Virus record (IMG/VR): IMGVR_UViG_3300006164_000040
Location: 1 to 25,729 of that record
DNA length: 25,729 nucleotides
Reading direction: 5' to 3' (one strand)
Source: a virus
Taxonomy: Duplodnaviria; Caudoviricetes
Under the pieces are notes generated by a model. That model was not told the DNA's origin. It saw nothing but the letters and a program-made list of their open reading frames with translations, and did not search any database. The translations under genes were made by a program, and so were the position numbers. How positions within the stretch are numbered: the stretch's first letter is position 1; the number at the start of each line of letters is the position of its first letter. This document shows, piece by piece, positions 16,540 to 25,144 of this stretch.

Positions 16540-16695
16540 CTAGGCAGGTAAGTTCTTCCAAACTCTCTTGAGAAGTTCTTCCTGCCTTTTGTTTTCATAT
16601 TCTTGCCTTATTTCTTCTACTGTTCTAAAGCATCCTATACAATACTCGTGGTCAAGGTCTAACTTGCATTTGTTTGTACACTTACTAGACTCCAC
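16540..16695 (-). CDS. DUF1289-like small Cys-rich protein
   Basis: CTNKCKLD...YCIGCFRTVEEI matches the CxxxC...CxGCxRT..EI pattern. Likely GTG start at 16695 overlaps the RNR end, with AAGGTGGGAG upstream. Confidence 0.72.
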   Translation of the reverse strand: MESSKCTNKCKLDLDHEYCIGCFRTVEEIRQEYENKRQEELLKRVWKNLPA

Positions 16696-18367
16696 AACTC
16701 CCACCTTGTCCAGATATCTCACATATGTCGTGAGTTTCCAGTCCTTCTTCAAACTCTGTGCCTAGCTTATCTACAGCCTCAGAATACGGCACACTAGATA
16801 GAGGCTGTCCTCCTCTACATGCGTCGGGGTACACCGTGAACCCTCGCAGCCTGTGAGCATAACTAGCCAAAGTATTGGTAAACTCTTCAACAGTGTCTTC
16901 ATTGTTGAGCTTACTACCCCACTTAGGAAGGTTAATTGTAGAAGAGATGGACATGTCCACATAGTCTTGAACATCCGCTTGAAAAGCCATACGTCGTTTA
17001 TAGTCTTCTGCTAGGTCAATAGCTGACTCGATCTTACTAGGGTCTGTACCGTAGATGTCGATGATCTCCTGAGCCGCTGAGTCCACAACGTACTGATAGT
17101 GCCAACGACTTTGCCCCTTTAAGTAACGTCTTTTGTAAGCAACAGCATAAATAGGCTCAACACCAGTAGAGGTACCAGCCAATATACCAATTGAGCCGGT
17201 GGGGGCAATCGCTCTATTAGCGACAGGGCGGGATATGCCAAGAGTATCACTGTACCCAGAACTAATATGGTCACTATGGCCTTTGTAAACTCCCAACCAT
17301 CTGTGAAGTTCTTCCGTAACTTCATACCTGTATCCTCTTTTAATAAGCCACTCGTGCATACCCATGAGACCTAGGCCAAGCCTACGGTTCTTCTCTCGTG
17401 TCTGATACACTTTGTCGTAAGGAAGTTTAGCTTTTAACGTACCACATATAAGAAACTTAGTGCTAAGTTCTACAATATCCCTGAACTCTTGAAGTGTTTC
17501 TACACGACCAAGGTTGATACTACCTAGGTTACAAACGTCAGAGTCGTCAGCACTGGTCACTTCTGTACATGCGTTGCGAAGAGTCTCGTTTTCCTTATCA
17601 AAGAAGTTAAAGCTAAAACCAGGTTCCGCTGTCTGTAGAGCTTGACGCACGTTCTGCTTAAACACATCTCCAACGTCACCAGTGTCCCAGTAGTTAAGAA
17701 GCCACTCGGTGTCGTAGTTGACTGATACATTCGTCATGTCCAGAGGAGCGTTGTAGTTAAAGTCTTGCTCTTTAATCTGTCCAATAGAGAAGCCAGTGTT
17801 GGCAACGGGCATGTCGTACCAATTCTTGGAAACTAAAAACTGCTCAATGTCTCTATGTTTCCAGTTAAGGCTTGCGTATATTGCAGACCTCCTAGAACCT
17901 CCCTGCATAACTCTACGGCCAATCTCGTTAATCATCTGCATCTTAGGTATGGGTCCAGATGCAATGCCTCCTGTCTTGCTCAGGGTGGCCCCAGAGGGGC
18001 GATAGACGCTGTAGTCTACCCCTATGCCCCCGCCTGTCATCAGACACGACTCAGACTTCCAAGATAGGTTAGCCCAATCTTCTCTACTGTCCTCTTCTGC
18101 CTTCAACAAGTAACAGTTATTAAAAAACTTGTTGGCACGTCCTGCATAATACAGATAGCGACCACCGGGAATAAACTTCAACTCTGTAACCATTTGAGTC
18201 AGCGTTGAGATTTCGTCTGCCGTAAGATAATTTCCGCAAACGTCTTCAACTAAAACACGCGAAAGGTCGGCCCAGTTATTACACCCCTCGTGAGCATACT
18301 TGTGTTTGAAGATATCTTCGCTAAACTTAGAGCGGAACATTGGATTTTCATTACTTTTAAAACTCAT
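16685..18367 (-). CDS. nrdJ: Class II (adenosylcobalamin-dependent) ribonucleotide reductase
   Basis: PGGR, NCY, RRSA, NACTE (thiyl Cys), VCNLGSIN, APTGS and SSTINLP motifs. GFTVYP replaces the class I YY; C-terminal Cys pair; no beta-subunit gene adjacent. Confidence 0.88.
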   Translation of the reverse strand: MSFKSNENPMFRSKFSEDIFKHKYAHEGCNNWADLSRVLVEDVCGNYLTADEISTLTQMVTELKFIPGGRYLYYAGRANKFFNNCYLLKAEEDSREDWANLSWKSESCLMTGGGIGVDYSVYRPSGATLSKTGGIASGPIPKMQMINEIGRRVMQGGSRRSAIYASLNWKHRDIEQFLVSKNWYDMPVANTGFSIGQIKEQDFNYNAPLDMTNVSVNYDTEWLLNYWDTGDVGDVFKQNVRQALQTAEPGFSFNFFDKENETLRNACTEVTSADDSDVCNLGSINLGRVETLQEFRDIVELSTKFLICGTLKAKLPYDKVYQTREKNRRLGLGLMGMHEWLIKRGYRYEVTEELHRWLGVYKGHSDHISSGYSDTLGISRPVANRAIAPTGSIGILAGTSTGVEPIYAVAYKRRYLKGQSRWHYQYVVDSAAQEIIDIYGTDPSKIESAIDLAEDYKRRMAFQADVQDYVDMSISSTINLPKWGSKLNNEDTVEEFTNTLASYAHRLRGFTVYPDACRGGQPLSSVPYSEAVDKLGTEFEEGLETHDICEISGQGGSCGV

Positions 18368-18524
18368 TATAATCTACCGGCCTTAGTTGAAACTCGTTAA
18401 TGTGCTCTTCAATCTTGTCGTACAGTAGCACAACTAAATCAAAATTGTCTAACCCTATTATACTTAGTATCTCGTCTGGGCTATATGCTTCCGATAGGTC
18501 TAACAGTATCTGTTCAGAAACCAT
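18357..18524 (-). CDS. 55-aa acidic hypothetical protein (not in ORF track)
   Basis: MVSEQILLDLSEAYSPDEILSIIGLDNFDLVVLLYDKIEEHINEFQLRPVDYNEF; overlaps both neighbours by 11 nt and fills the gap. Confidence 0.72.
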   Translation of the reverse strand: MVSEQILLDLSEAYSPDEILSIIGLDNFDLVVLLYDKIEEHINEFQLRPVDYNEF

Positions 18525-19356
18525 GAGCAATCTCTTCTTTTGACTTACCCTCGTCTCCTACTAAGAACACAGGTCGTCCCGCTCTAAACTTTAAGTCTAG
18601 TCCCTTGTCTTCCCAACACACAAACTTGTGAGCACAGTATGAGCAGTTTATACCTAGCTTCTTACGGCCAGAAGGCTTGTCGTCCACCTCTTTAAAAGGT
18701 CGATCTGGAGGTGTGTCAACGGCCAGCATTTCTCTAACGTGCTTGATCCTGGCTGACGTGTCCTCTAAGTCTTCGTGCGTGTAGGTAGCAAGCTCACCAC
18801 CGCTCTTGTCCATAGCCAAGAATGTACCGCTCTTCTTGCCCATTGCGTTAGCGTAGCCACTAATCTGAGAGATGTATCCAAAAGCATCGTCGTCAGGCAG
18901 TGTACCGTTCTTAAACTTCTTCATTGCAAAGCTGGAAGCGGACTTAACATCTACAAGGTGTCCGTCAATTACGGCATCTATGTGTCCTACAATACCATCT
19001 ACTTCGATACGCTTCTGCTGGTCCTCCACTGTGTGTCCAGCTTCCTTGGCAAGGTATAGAATAAGAGCTTCTACAAGATCGCCAAAGAGAAACTTGAGCC
19101 TTGTCTCAGGGGTAAACGGCTCTGGTTCGTGTTCTCCCTTGATGTCCATCCAGAGAGCGCGATCACACGGCTTACCTAGATTAGACATACGCAGTGCGGG
19201 TTTGCGTTCAGCAGTAGAGAACCACAGTTGTTTACGCATTGCCTCCATCATGGTATACGCCATCTCAAATAGCGCAGCTTTATCAGGTTCTTTTTTACCC
19301 TCGTCCAGAAGTTTATAAATATCTGGTACAAGTGTATCAATTGTTTTCTTGCTCAT
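18514..19356 (-). CDS. PD-(D/E)XK exonuclease, Cas4/AddB-like with putative Fe-S cysteines
   Basis: GDLVE, GHIDA, DVKS and QISGY motifs; one N-terminal Cys (KPCDR) plus CSYC-x5-C near the C-terminus. Confidence 0.82.
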   Translation of the reverse strand: MSKKTIDTLVPDIYKLLDEGKKEPDKAALFEMAYTMMEAMRKQLWFSTAERKPALRMSNLGKPCDRALWMDIKGEHEPEPFTPETRLKFLFGDLVEALILYLAKEAGHTVEDQQKRIEVDGIVGHIDAVIDGHLVDVKSASSFAMKKFKNGTLPDDDAFGYISQISGYANAMGKKSGTFLAMDKSGGELATYTHEDLEDTSARIKHVREMLAVDTPPDRPFKEVDDKPSGRKKLGINCSYCAHKFVCWEDKGLDLKFRAGRPVFLVGDEGKSKEEIAHGF

Positions 19357-19966
19357 CAGCATACTCCAATTTTACAATGTCTTTGTGTGACTTTTGCTTA
19401 CCGTTACGTAAGTCAGAGACACGTCTATGGTCGTAACCGTTGTCTTCGCACCACTGTGTAAGGGTTGTATCTACTACCTCTTCAACAACAGTACTACCTT
19501 GTCTGACTACATAAAAAGTTCCTCTGTAGGCAGGGTTGTTAGTTCCTCTAAACTTGTCTCTAAGTTCCTCACTCAGGTAACTCTTAACGGGTCTATAGAA
19601 ACGCAACCCCCCTACATTGGCATTGTAGTAACTATCACTCTCCAAAACACCTAGTTCAACCTGTAACTTCATCTCGTTATAGTACAGGTTTCTTTTATTG
19701 TCACAGAGCATAAGTATTTCAAATTTAAAGTTTTCCTTGCCAAGTTCTTTTATCTCAGGAACCATGTAGGAACTACTGCTACAGTATTTCTTCCACTCGC
19801 TGGCTTTAATACGCTTACGGCTACCCTTCTTAAACTTCCAAAGGTGCTTACAACCTATGTAAGACTTACCTGTATCCAAGCGAGTGATCTGGTAGACAAA
19901 CCCAAGATGTGCATCAGGGTTAAAATTGCCTACCAGGCTCACGTCCCAGTGACCGTAGTCAGACAC
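19337..19966 (-). CDS. GIY-YIG endonuclease (Seg-like, probable free-standing homing endonuclease)
   Basis: GFVYQIT...YIGCK, F.FEIL, catalytic-type E (YYNEM) and YYN; C-terminal G.NNP.Y and a small HTH-like module. Confidence 0.78.
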   Translation of the reverse strand: MSDYGHWDVSLVGNFNPDAHLGFVYQITRLDTGKSYIGCKHLWKFKKGSRKRIKASEWKKYCSSSSYMVPEIKELGKENFKFEILMLCDNKRNLYYNEMKLQVELGVLESDSYYNANVGGLRFYRPVKSYLSEELRDKFRGTNNPAYRGTFYVVRQGSTVVEEVVDTTLTQWCEDNGYDHRRVSDLRNGKQKSHKDIVKLEYADEQENN

Positions 19967-19968
19967 GG

Positions 19969-20415
19969 TTAGAACTCCACCTCTTCTTTAGACTCCTGAA
20001 AATCGTCTACCGTCTCGTCGTCAAAGGCGGCATTGGATGACTTGTACTCCACGATGTTCGTAAACTTAACACCTGCGATAAACGTTGTTACACCTGTGCC
20101 AAACTTGTTATCGTAAGGGCGCTGACTGACCTTAACAACACCCGTAGTACCCTCGCCCAGCATCTGCGGACCATCGTAGTCAGTACCGTCCTTGTTATAC
20201 AACTGGGGCTGGTAGTTGCTCTTCAACTGAACATAGGGAAGGCCGTTGAACTTTTCGTCGTTCTGGTTAAGTTTAATTCCTAGCTTTTTGACGTGACCGA
20301 TTTGGTCACCCTCCAAGGAAACAGCGCAGGACCAACGGTCAAACTTGTCCTTGGTGTCGAACAGATAGGTGTAGTAGAGGTTACCCTCAATGTATGAATC
20401 TTGTCTTGCAACCAT
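19969..20415 (-). CDS. Single-stranded DNA-binding protein (T7 gp2.5-like)
   Basis: ATG 20415 just after the polymerase stop. Beta-rich core and acidic tail ending in Phe (DDETVDDFQESKEEVEF); high-expression codon bias. Confidence 0.78.
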   Translation of the reverse strand: MVARQDSYIEGNLYYTYLFDTKDKFDRWSCAVSLEGDQIGHVKKLGIKLNQNDEKFNGLPYVQLKSNYQPQLYNKDGTDYDGPQMLGEGTTGVVKVSQRPYDNKFGTGVTTFIAGVKFTNIVEYKSSNAAFDDETVDDFQESKEEVEF

Positions 20416-20416
20416 G

Positions 20417-22048
20417 TTAGTGTATCTCACTCCAATTGTTACCAATTTGTACGTCACAGTCTAATTTGCAGCGTAAATTATACTCTTTATTGACCTGTGA
20501 TATAGCTATTTTAACACACTCAGACACAGAGTCAATACTTTCCTTACTACATTCTATAACCATTTCGTCGTGTACCATTGCGACTAGCCTAGCTCCAGTA
20601 TTCTTTAGGCTCATTATAGATGCAGTGTTCATAAACCACCTCTTCATAAGTACAGCAGAGGAACCTTGAATGAGCGTATTGATGCTGGCGTGTGGGTGTC
20701 TCACCACTATTTGTCGTCCATCTATAGCTCTCAAACGTTTCTCTGATGTCCCTTTAGACACTACTGCATCTCTCAGGCGAGAGAATGCTGGTAAGTTAGA
20801 CAGGAACCTTTCCCGAAGTTGCTTACCGTCCTTAGCAGTGCCGTTAACTACAGAACCAATCTTAGCATCTCCGGCACCGTAGAGCAGAGCATAGATAAAA
20901 GTCTTAGCTTGGTCTCTGGTGTCTAGTCCAGCCATGTTCTGATTGGCTGTGTGTATGTCTCCGTCCAGAACCTCCTTGGTGTATTCTGCATCGTTCATAT
21001 AGTGTGCTAGTACTCGAAGTTCTAAACCGGCGGCGTCGGTATCTATTAAAATATTTCCGTAGTCTGCTTGCCACATCTGTCTGCACTCTAGACCAAAAGG
21101 TTTTCGCAGAGACGGTATCTGCTGCAAGTTTGGCTTAGAGCACGACATACGGTTTGTTATGGCTCCTAGCGTGTGGTAGTGGCAGTGTACTCTATCTGCT
21201 TCTCCACATGCCTTGATCCAGGAATCAATCATCGCAGTGCGCTTCTGTAGCATAAAGTAACGAGCCAGTATCTGCGCTTCTTCTATTTTACATTCTTCTA
21301 AGGTGCTCTCATCTACCTTTGGCTGACCCGTTGGGGTAAACTGTGTGGGCTTCCACCCTTTTTCTATGAGCCTCTCACCTATCTGCTTACGACTCGCCGG
21401 GTTAAAAGGTTTAAGTTTTGTCTTAGTCTTTAGCTGTATCACCTCTGGTTCAAAAGTGTCCTGCATCTGCACTACGATTTCTTCTTGTTCTTTAAGAAGT
21501 TTAGAGTAAACCTTGTGTGCCAGTTTCTTGTTAAAGGCAAATCCGTTTTCTTCAACGTGCGTAGCCAACCGTTGCATACGGTGTTCGTCAGCGATTGACT
21601 TCTCTGAAAAATCCTTGGTTTCTTCACAAACTATCCCATACACTTTAGCACAGAGGAGAACATCTTGCTCACAGTATACTATCATATCATCTGTAAGCTG
21701 GTCCCAAGACTCCTCGTAAGAACCCTTGAAGAACCCTAGACGTTCTCCCCATGCTTTCAAGCCGTGGCCCTTATCCCTATCGGGTTTCGCCATGCGCGAA
21801 AGTACTAAACTGTCCGCCTGTTTATAGACAGGGACATTAACTTCCCACAGTTTACGCAACGCGGGGAAGTCAAAGGAAGAGCCATTGTGAGCGACAATCT
21901 TGTCAAAACTGTTAAAGTATTCCTGAACACCTGCTTGTGTTAGGAACGTCTTGACAATATTGTTTTCAACATCGAGAGTTACAAGGCAATGGATCATAGA
22001 GTAGTCCAGCCCGTCTGTCTCGATGTCTATTACAAGTGTATCTAGCAA
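20417..22048 (-). CDS. polA: Family A DNA polymerase with 3'-5' exonuclease
   Basis: ExoI DIETD, ExoII HNGSSFD, ExoIII YCEQD; motif A DAAGLELR, motif B RDQAKTFIYALLYG, motif C VHDE. Confidence 0.95.
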   Translation of the reverse strand: MLDTLVIDIETDGLDYSMIHCLVTLDVENNIVKTFLTQAGVQEYFNSFDKIVAHNGSSFDFPALRKLWEVNVPVYKQADSLVLSRMAKPDRDKGHGLKAWGERLGFFKGSYEESWDQLTDDMIVYCEQDVLLCAKVYGIVCEETKDFSEKSIADEHRMQRLATHVEENGFAFNKKLAHKVYSKLLKEQEEIVVQMQDTFEPEVIQLKTKTKLKPFNPASRKQIGERLIEKGWKPTQFTPTGQPKVDESTLEECKIEEAQILARYFMLQKRTAMIDSWIKACGEADRVHCHYHTLGAITNRMSCSKPNLQQIPSLRKPFGLECRQMWQADYGNILIDTDAAGLELRVLAHYMNDAEYTKEVLDGDIHTANQNMAGLDTRDQAKTFIYALLYGAGDAKIGSVVNGTAKDGKQLRERFLSNLPAFSRLRDAVVSKGTSEKRLRAIDGRQIVVRHPHASINTLIQGSSAVLMKRWFMNTASIMSLKNTGARLVAMVHDEMVIECSKESIDSVSECVKIAISQVNKEYNLRCKLDCDVQIGNNWSEIH

Positions 22049-22677
22049 TTCAATTCTTTCCAGCTTACTGGAAACAGTTTAGCACAGTGGTCTGAAATTG
22101 CAAGAGCAACTTCTCGTGTTTCTTCCTGAGCGGTTTCCTCTGTCCTGAGTTTACACACTCGTGCAAACGCTGCTACTGAGCCTGTCCAGTACCACTCGGT
22201 ATAGGTAGACTGAGGCAGCACTGCTCTAGCTTGTTCTTCACAAACTTTTAACTTCAGTAGTCTAGTATATGCGTCGATAGAGTGTGCAACAGATGAAGCG
22301 TAGATGTCCTCTACAATTCCCTGAGAGATAACACCAAAGGTTTCAGAACCTTGTTTTTTATCTTCGCTCTGCTCTCTCCACATGTTGGAAAACCAGGCGT
22401 CGGGCTTTTCAGAGACGTATCGCCTACTAATTTCGTTCCACACTAGCCCTACTTGATGCTTTGCAAGCTGCCTAGCTACAAAAATTGGAGCTGTTATGTG
22501 GAAAGAAATACTGGTGTGTCCAAAGGGTGTCCAATGATTGTTCTTAGCTAAGTAAGCGATAAGTTTTTTATCCCCTACTGTAATTTTCGTACTAATCTTA
22601 CCGAAACTAACACGGGCTGCGTTAACTACTGATAAATCACTACCCATAGAGTCCACTAGAGATACATCTTTATCCAT
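22042..22677 (-). CDS. thyX: Flavin-dependent thymidylate synthase
   Basis: VNAARVS, HWTPF, PIFVARQL.KH, NEISRRY, EQARAVLP and R...AQ.E.R motifs. Confidence 0.93.
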   Translation of the reverse strand: MDKDVSLVDSMGSDLSVVNAARVSFGKISTKITVGDKKLIAYLAKNNHWTPFGHTSISFHITAPIFVARQLAKHQVGLVWNEISRRYVSEKPDAWFSNMWREQSEDKKQGSETFGVISQGIVEDIYASSVAHSIDAYTRLLKLKVCEEQARAVLPQSTYTEWYWTGSVAAFARVCKLRTEETAQEETREVALAISDHCAKLFPVSWKELNC

Positions 22678-22829
22678 TATCCTTGACCTCTTTTTCTAGA
22701 ATATGACCCCGAATATGGAGAGTGTTTATTTAAATTTTTAGTATGATTTCTGGGAGATAGCTTACCGCGCCTTCTGTTTAAGTTTCTAGGCACGTAGGTG
22801 TTAGTTCCGAATTTAGTTTTCTTTGCCAC
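22677..22829 (-). CDS. 50-aa highly basic peptide ending RGQG (not in ORF track)
   Basis: SD AGGAG; GTG directly after the helicase TGA; TAATG overlap with thyX. Sequence MAKKTKFGTNTYVPRNLNRRRGKLSPRNHTKNLNKHSPYSGSYSRKRGQG. Confidence 0.8.
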   Translation of the reverse strand: MAKKTKFGTNTYVPRNLNRRRGKLSPRNHTKNLNKHSPYSGSYSRKRGQG

Positions 22830-24464
22830 TCAAAACTCCTGCTCGATAGTGTCCATGCGTCCCGTCTTCTTATCGTAGAACAGCCTACCAGCTAATCCTA
22901 CATCGCCAGTGTAACGGCACTTCAGTACCCTCAACGTCGTCGTGTTACACACCACTGGATCGTCGCTCTGTGTGTCACGCTCCAAGGCTACTACAGTGTC
23001 GCTAATCTGTGCAATACCGTGTGATCCCCTCAGATGTCCCAGATTAATCTCCACGCCTTCCTCGTGTGACTTGTCAGAACCAAGCCGTCGAAGGTGAGTT
23101 ACAAGGTGTAACGTGCAGCCCGTTTCCTCTGTTAGCTGGCGCAGGAGCGTCATAGTCCTGTCAATGGCCTTGCGTTCGTCCATAATTTCAAGACCTGATA
23201 CCAGTATGCTAAGGTGATCGACAAATATAACCTTGCAGTCTAAACCCTGCACCATGAACCTAAGACGGCTCAGTAGATCGTCGGTGTTCATGCTACCAAA
23301 ATGGTCGTACAAGTAAACACGTCCGGTTCCCAAAGTATTGTCGAAGTGTTGTTTAACTTTTTCTTTCGGATACTTGTTGAATACTTCGTTTAAGTGTAGA
23401 GGTAGGTTAGCTTCAACAGCTAGAATGCCACGTCTAGTACGGTCTACGCTCTCTTCCAGCGCGACTATACCTATGTTTAAGTCCGTGTTCTTGATGTAGT
23501 AGTGCTGCAACTCGCGCAGGATACTTGACTTACCTACGCCTGTACCAGCAGCCCAAGTAACAATCTCCCTGCCCCTAGTTCCCAGTGTCTTCTCTTGTAG
23601 GCCGGGAAAGGGAAAGGCCAAGCTCTTAATGTTCTGCTCTTCCCACAGTCGGTCAAAGTTGTCTGCACCATTGTGGATACCAGACGGAGTGTAGGAGTTT
23701 GTGTCTTTCAAGTGAGCCAGGAACTCGTTCTGTAGGCCCAGCTTCGTGTACTCACACGCATCTTTGTGTTCTAGGTTAACAACATATGCCTTGCCGGGAG
23801 ACAATAACTTGGCACACTTCTCTGCCGCCGTGCGTCCCGGTGTGTCAGTGTCGAAACAAATAAAGACCCGCTCGTAGCGTTCTAGCAATTCTAGGTTCTT
23901 CTTGAAGTCACGCTCCGCACTGGCAGCACCGCTCTTTATGCTCAGTACGGGTACAAGAGTGTTCTTAGGACTATCACTGACCTTGGTAGAGCCTAGAGGT
24001 ATACGGTTAGCCATTTGGAACGCTGCCAGTGCGTCAGCCTCACCCTCTGTGATTATAATAGTCTTTGATCTCTGAGGTGCAGCCTTCTTCAAAGTGTGTG
24101 CTCCAAACAAGTCACACTTGGTAAACTCGCCCTCAGTTTTGTGAGCCTTATTGGGCATACGAACTTTACTGGCGGTCAAAACTCCATCCACAAAATAGGG
24201 GAAGTACGCTGTAGACCCACCTTCAGACACCCTGACCTCGTAGAAATCCGAGATAGCGCCTCCAATCTTACGGTCCTGCCAGAGTGTGTCCTGTTCTGGT
24301 TTCTTATAATCCTGGATATTCGACACGTTGTGGCTCTCCCCCTCTTCCTTGCGGTGCTGGTTACAACTAAAGCAATAACTATGCCCATCATCGTACTCTG
24401 ATAGAGCGTCAGACGACCCACAGTCCTCGCACGGCAAGTGCGCCTTGCTAACAGTGCTCTCCAT
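22830..24464 (-). CDS. T7 gp4-like primase-helicase
   Basis: Zn ribbon CEDC...CFSC, TOPRIM EGEADA and FDTD, Walker A AGTGVGKS, VDHL, LRGS and KCR motifs. Confidence 0.95.
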   Translation of the reverse strand: MESTVSKAHLPCEDCGSSDALSEYDDGHSYCFSCNQHRKEEGESHNVSNIQDYKKPEQDTLWQDRKIGGAISDFYEVRVSEGGSTAYFPYFVDGVLTASKVRMPNKAHKTEGEFTKCDLFGAHTLKKAAPQRSKTIIITEGEADALAAFQMANRIPLGSTKVSDSPKNTLVPVLSIKSGAASAERDFKKNLELLERYERVFICFDTDTPGRTAAEKCAKLLSPGKAYVVNLEHKDACEYTKLGLQNEFLAHLKDTNSYTPSGIHNGADNFDRLWEEQNIKSLAFPFPGLQEKTLGTRGREIVTWAAGTGVGKSSILRELQHYYIKNTDLNIGIVALEESVDRTRRGILAVEANLPLHLNEVFNKYPKEKVKQHFDNTLGTGRVYLYDHFGSMNTDDLLSRLRFMVQGLDCKVIFVDHLSILVSGLEIMDERKAIDRTMTLLRQLTEETGCTLHLVTHLRRLGSDKSHEEGVEINLGHLRGSHGIAQISDTVVALERDTQSDDPVVCNTTTLRVLKCRYTGDVGLAGRLFYDKKTGRMDTIEQEF

Positions 24465-24751
24465 TATCTAGCATACTCCTCGTTCATCTCAGCAGCTATT
24501 GCTGCATATCCCGCAATGTCAACGTAACAGTCGTCGGTGCTGGAGTGCATTAGCCTAGCAACCTTTAGTAGAATCATCATATGCGCCACGTCCATAGGTG
24601 TCAACTGCACCTGTAGGTTAATTTTACCGGACATGTAACGGGACCACAGACTTGCAATGCGGGCGTGGTTCTCGTAGGCAGAGCCGTAGTCGGTGGCACG
24701 CTGCCCCGTGATTAAGTCTTTGGCAGTGTCTAGGCAGTCATTTCGTTTCAT
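24464..24751 (-). CDS. DUF6378-like protein
   Basis: I.G.R..DYG...N..RIA.LWS...DVA.MMILLKVAR...D..VDIAGY pattern; SD GAGG. Confidence 0.75.
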   Translation of the reverse strand: MKRNDCLDTAKDLITGQRATDYGSAYENHARIASLWSRYMSGKINLQVQLTPMDVAHMMILLKVARLMHSSTDDCYVDIAGYAAIAAEMNEEYAR

Positions 24752-24778
24752 TGCTACTTCCTCTTTTTAAAGCTGTTT

Positions 24779-24967
24779 TCAATCTTGATCGCTTTTCCGA
24801 GTAAAGCTGCTATCAATTGTGATAAAATCATCTATTTTTTCCTGTTCTATTTTAGGTGCGTAGGGGTCAACGTAACCAAGTGCTTCACGGACATGCCAGG
24901 TGCACACTCCGCATATGTCACCACTGCTCAAAATTGGTAGCGGCGCGTCACAGATAGCGCATCTCAT
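24779..24967 (-). CDS. Small putative Zn-finger protein
   Basis: CAIC-x12-CGVC; ATGA overlap with the upstream ORF. Confidence 0.6.
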   Translation of the reverse strand: MRCAICDAPLPILSSGDICGVCTWHVREALGYVDPYAPKIEQEKIDDFITIDSSFTRKSDQD

Positions 24968-25140
24968 GGTGTAGTGAGAAGGTAGTGCTTGGCGTATTTA
25001 GATGCTTCCTCACTTTTAAAATAAAGCCCAACATCCTCAACCACCTCATCAACAGTGAAATCATTCGGAATAGGCGCATCGAAGAAGTATCCATCACAGA
25101 ACTGTTCGATGTCCATCATCCATTTCATAGTATTAGACAT
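24964..25140 (-). CDS. 58-aa acidic hypothetical protein (not in ORF track)
   Basis: MSNTMKWMMDIEQFCDGYFFDAPIPNDFTVDEVVEDVGLYFKSEEASKYAKHYLLTTP; GGAG upstream; ATGA coupling to the next ORF. Confidence 0.7.
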   Translation of the reverse strand: MSNTMKWMMDIEQFCDGYFFDAPIPNDFTVDEVVEDVGLYFKSEEASKYAKHYLLTTP

Positions 25141-25144
25141 TAGT

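Noticed and set aside
18514-19356. Cas4-like gene as evidence of a CRISPR-Cas system
   Set aside because: No other cas genes or array; stand-alone Cas4-like nucleases are common in phage replication modules.
22680-22710. ArfA-like GSYxRK motif in the basic peptide
   Set aside because: Only six residues match; the preceding KKGK and the N-terminal ArfA features are absent.
16685-24464. Inteins or introns in RNR, PolA or helicase
   Set aside because: All three are compact and uninterrupted, with motifs at normal spacing.
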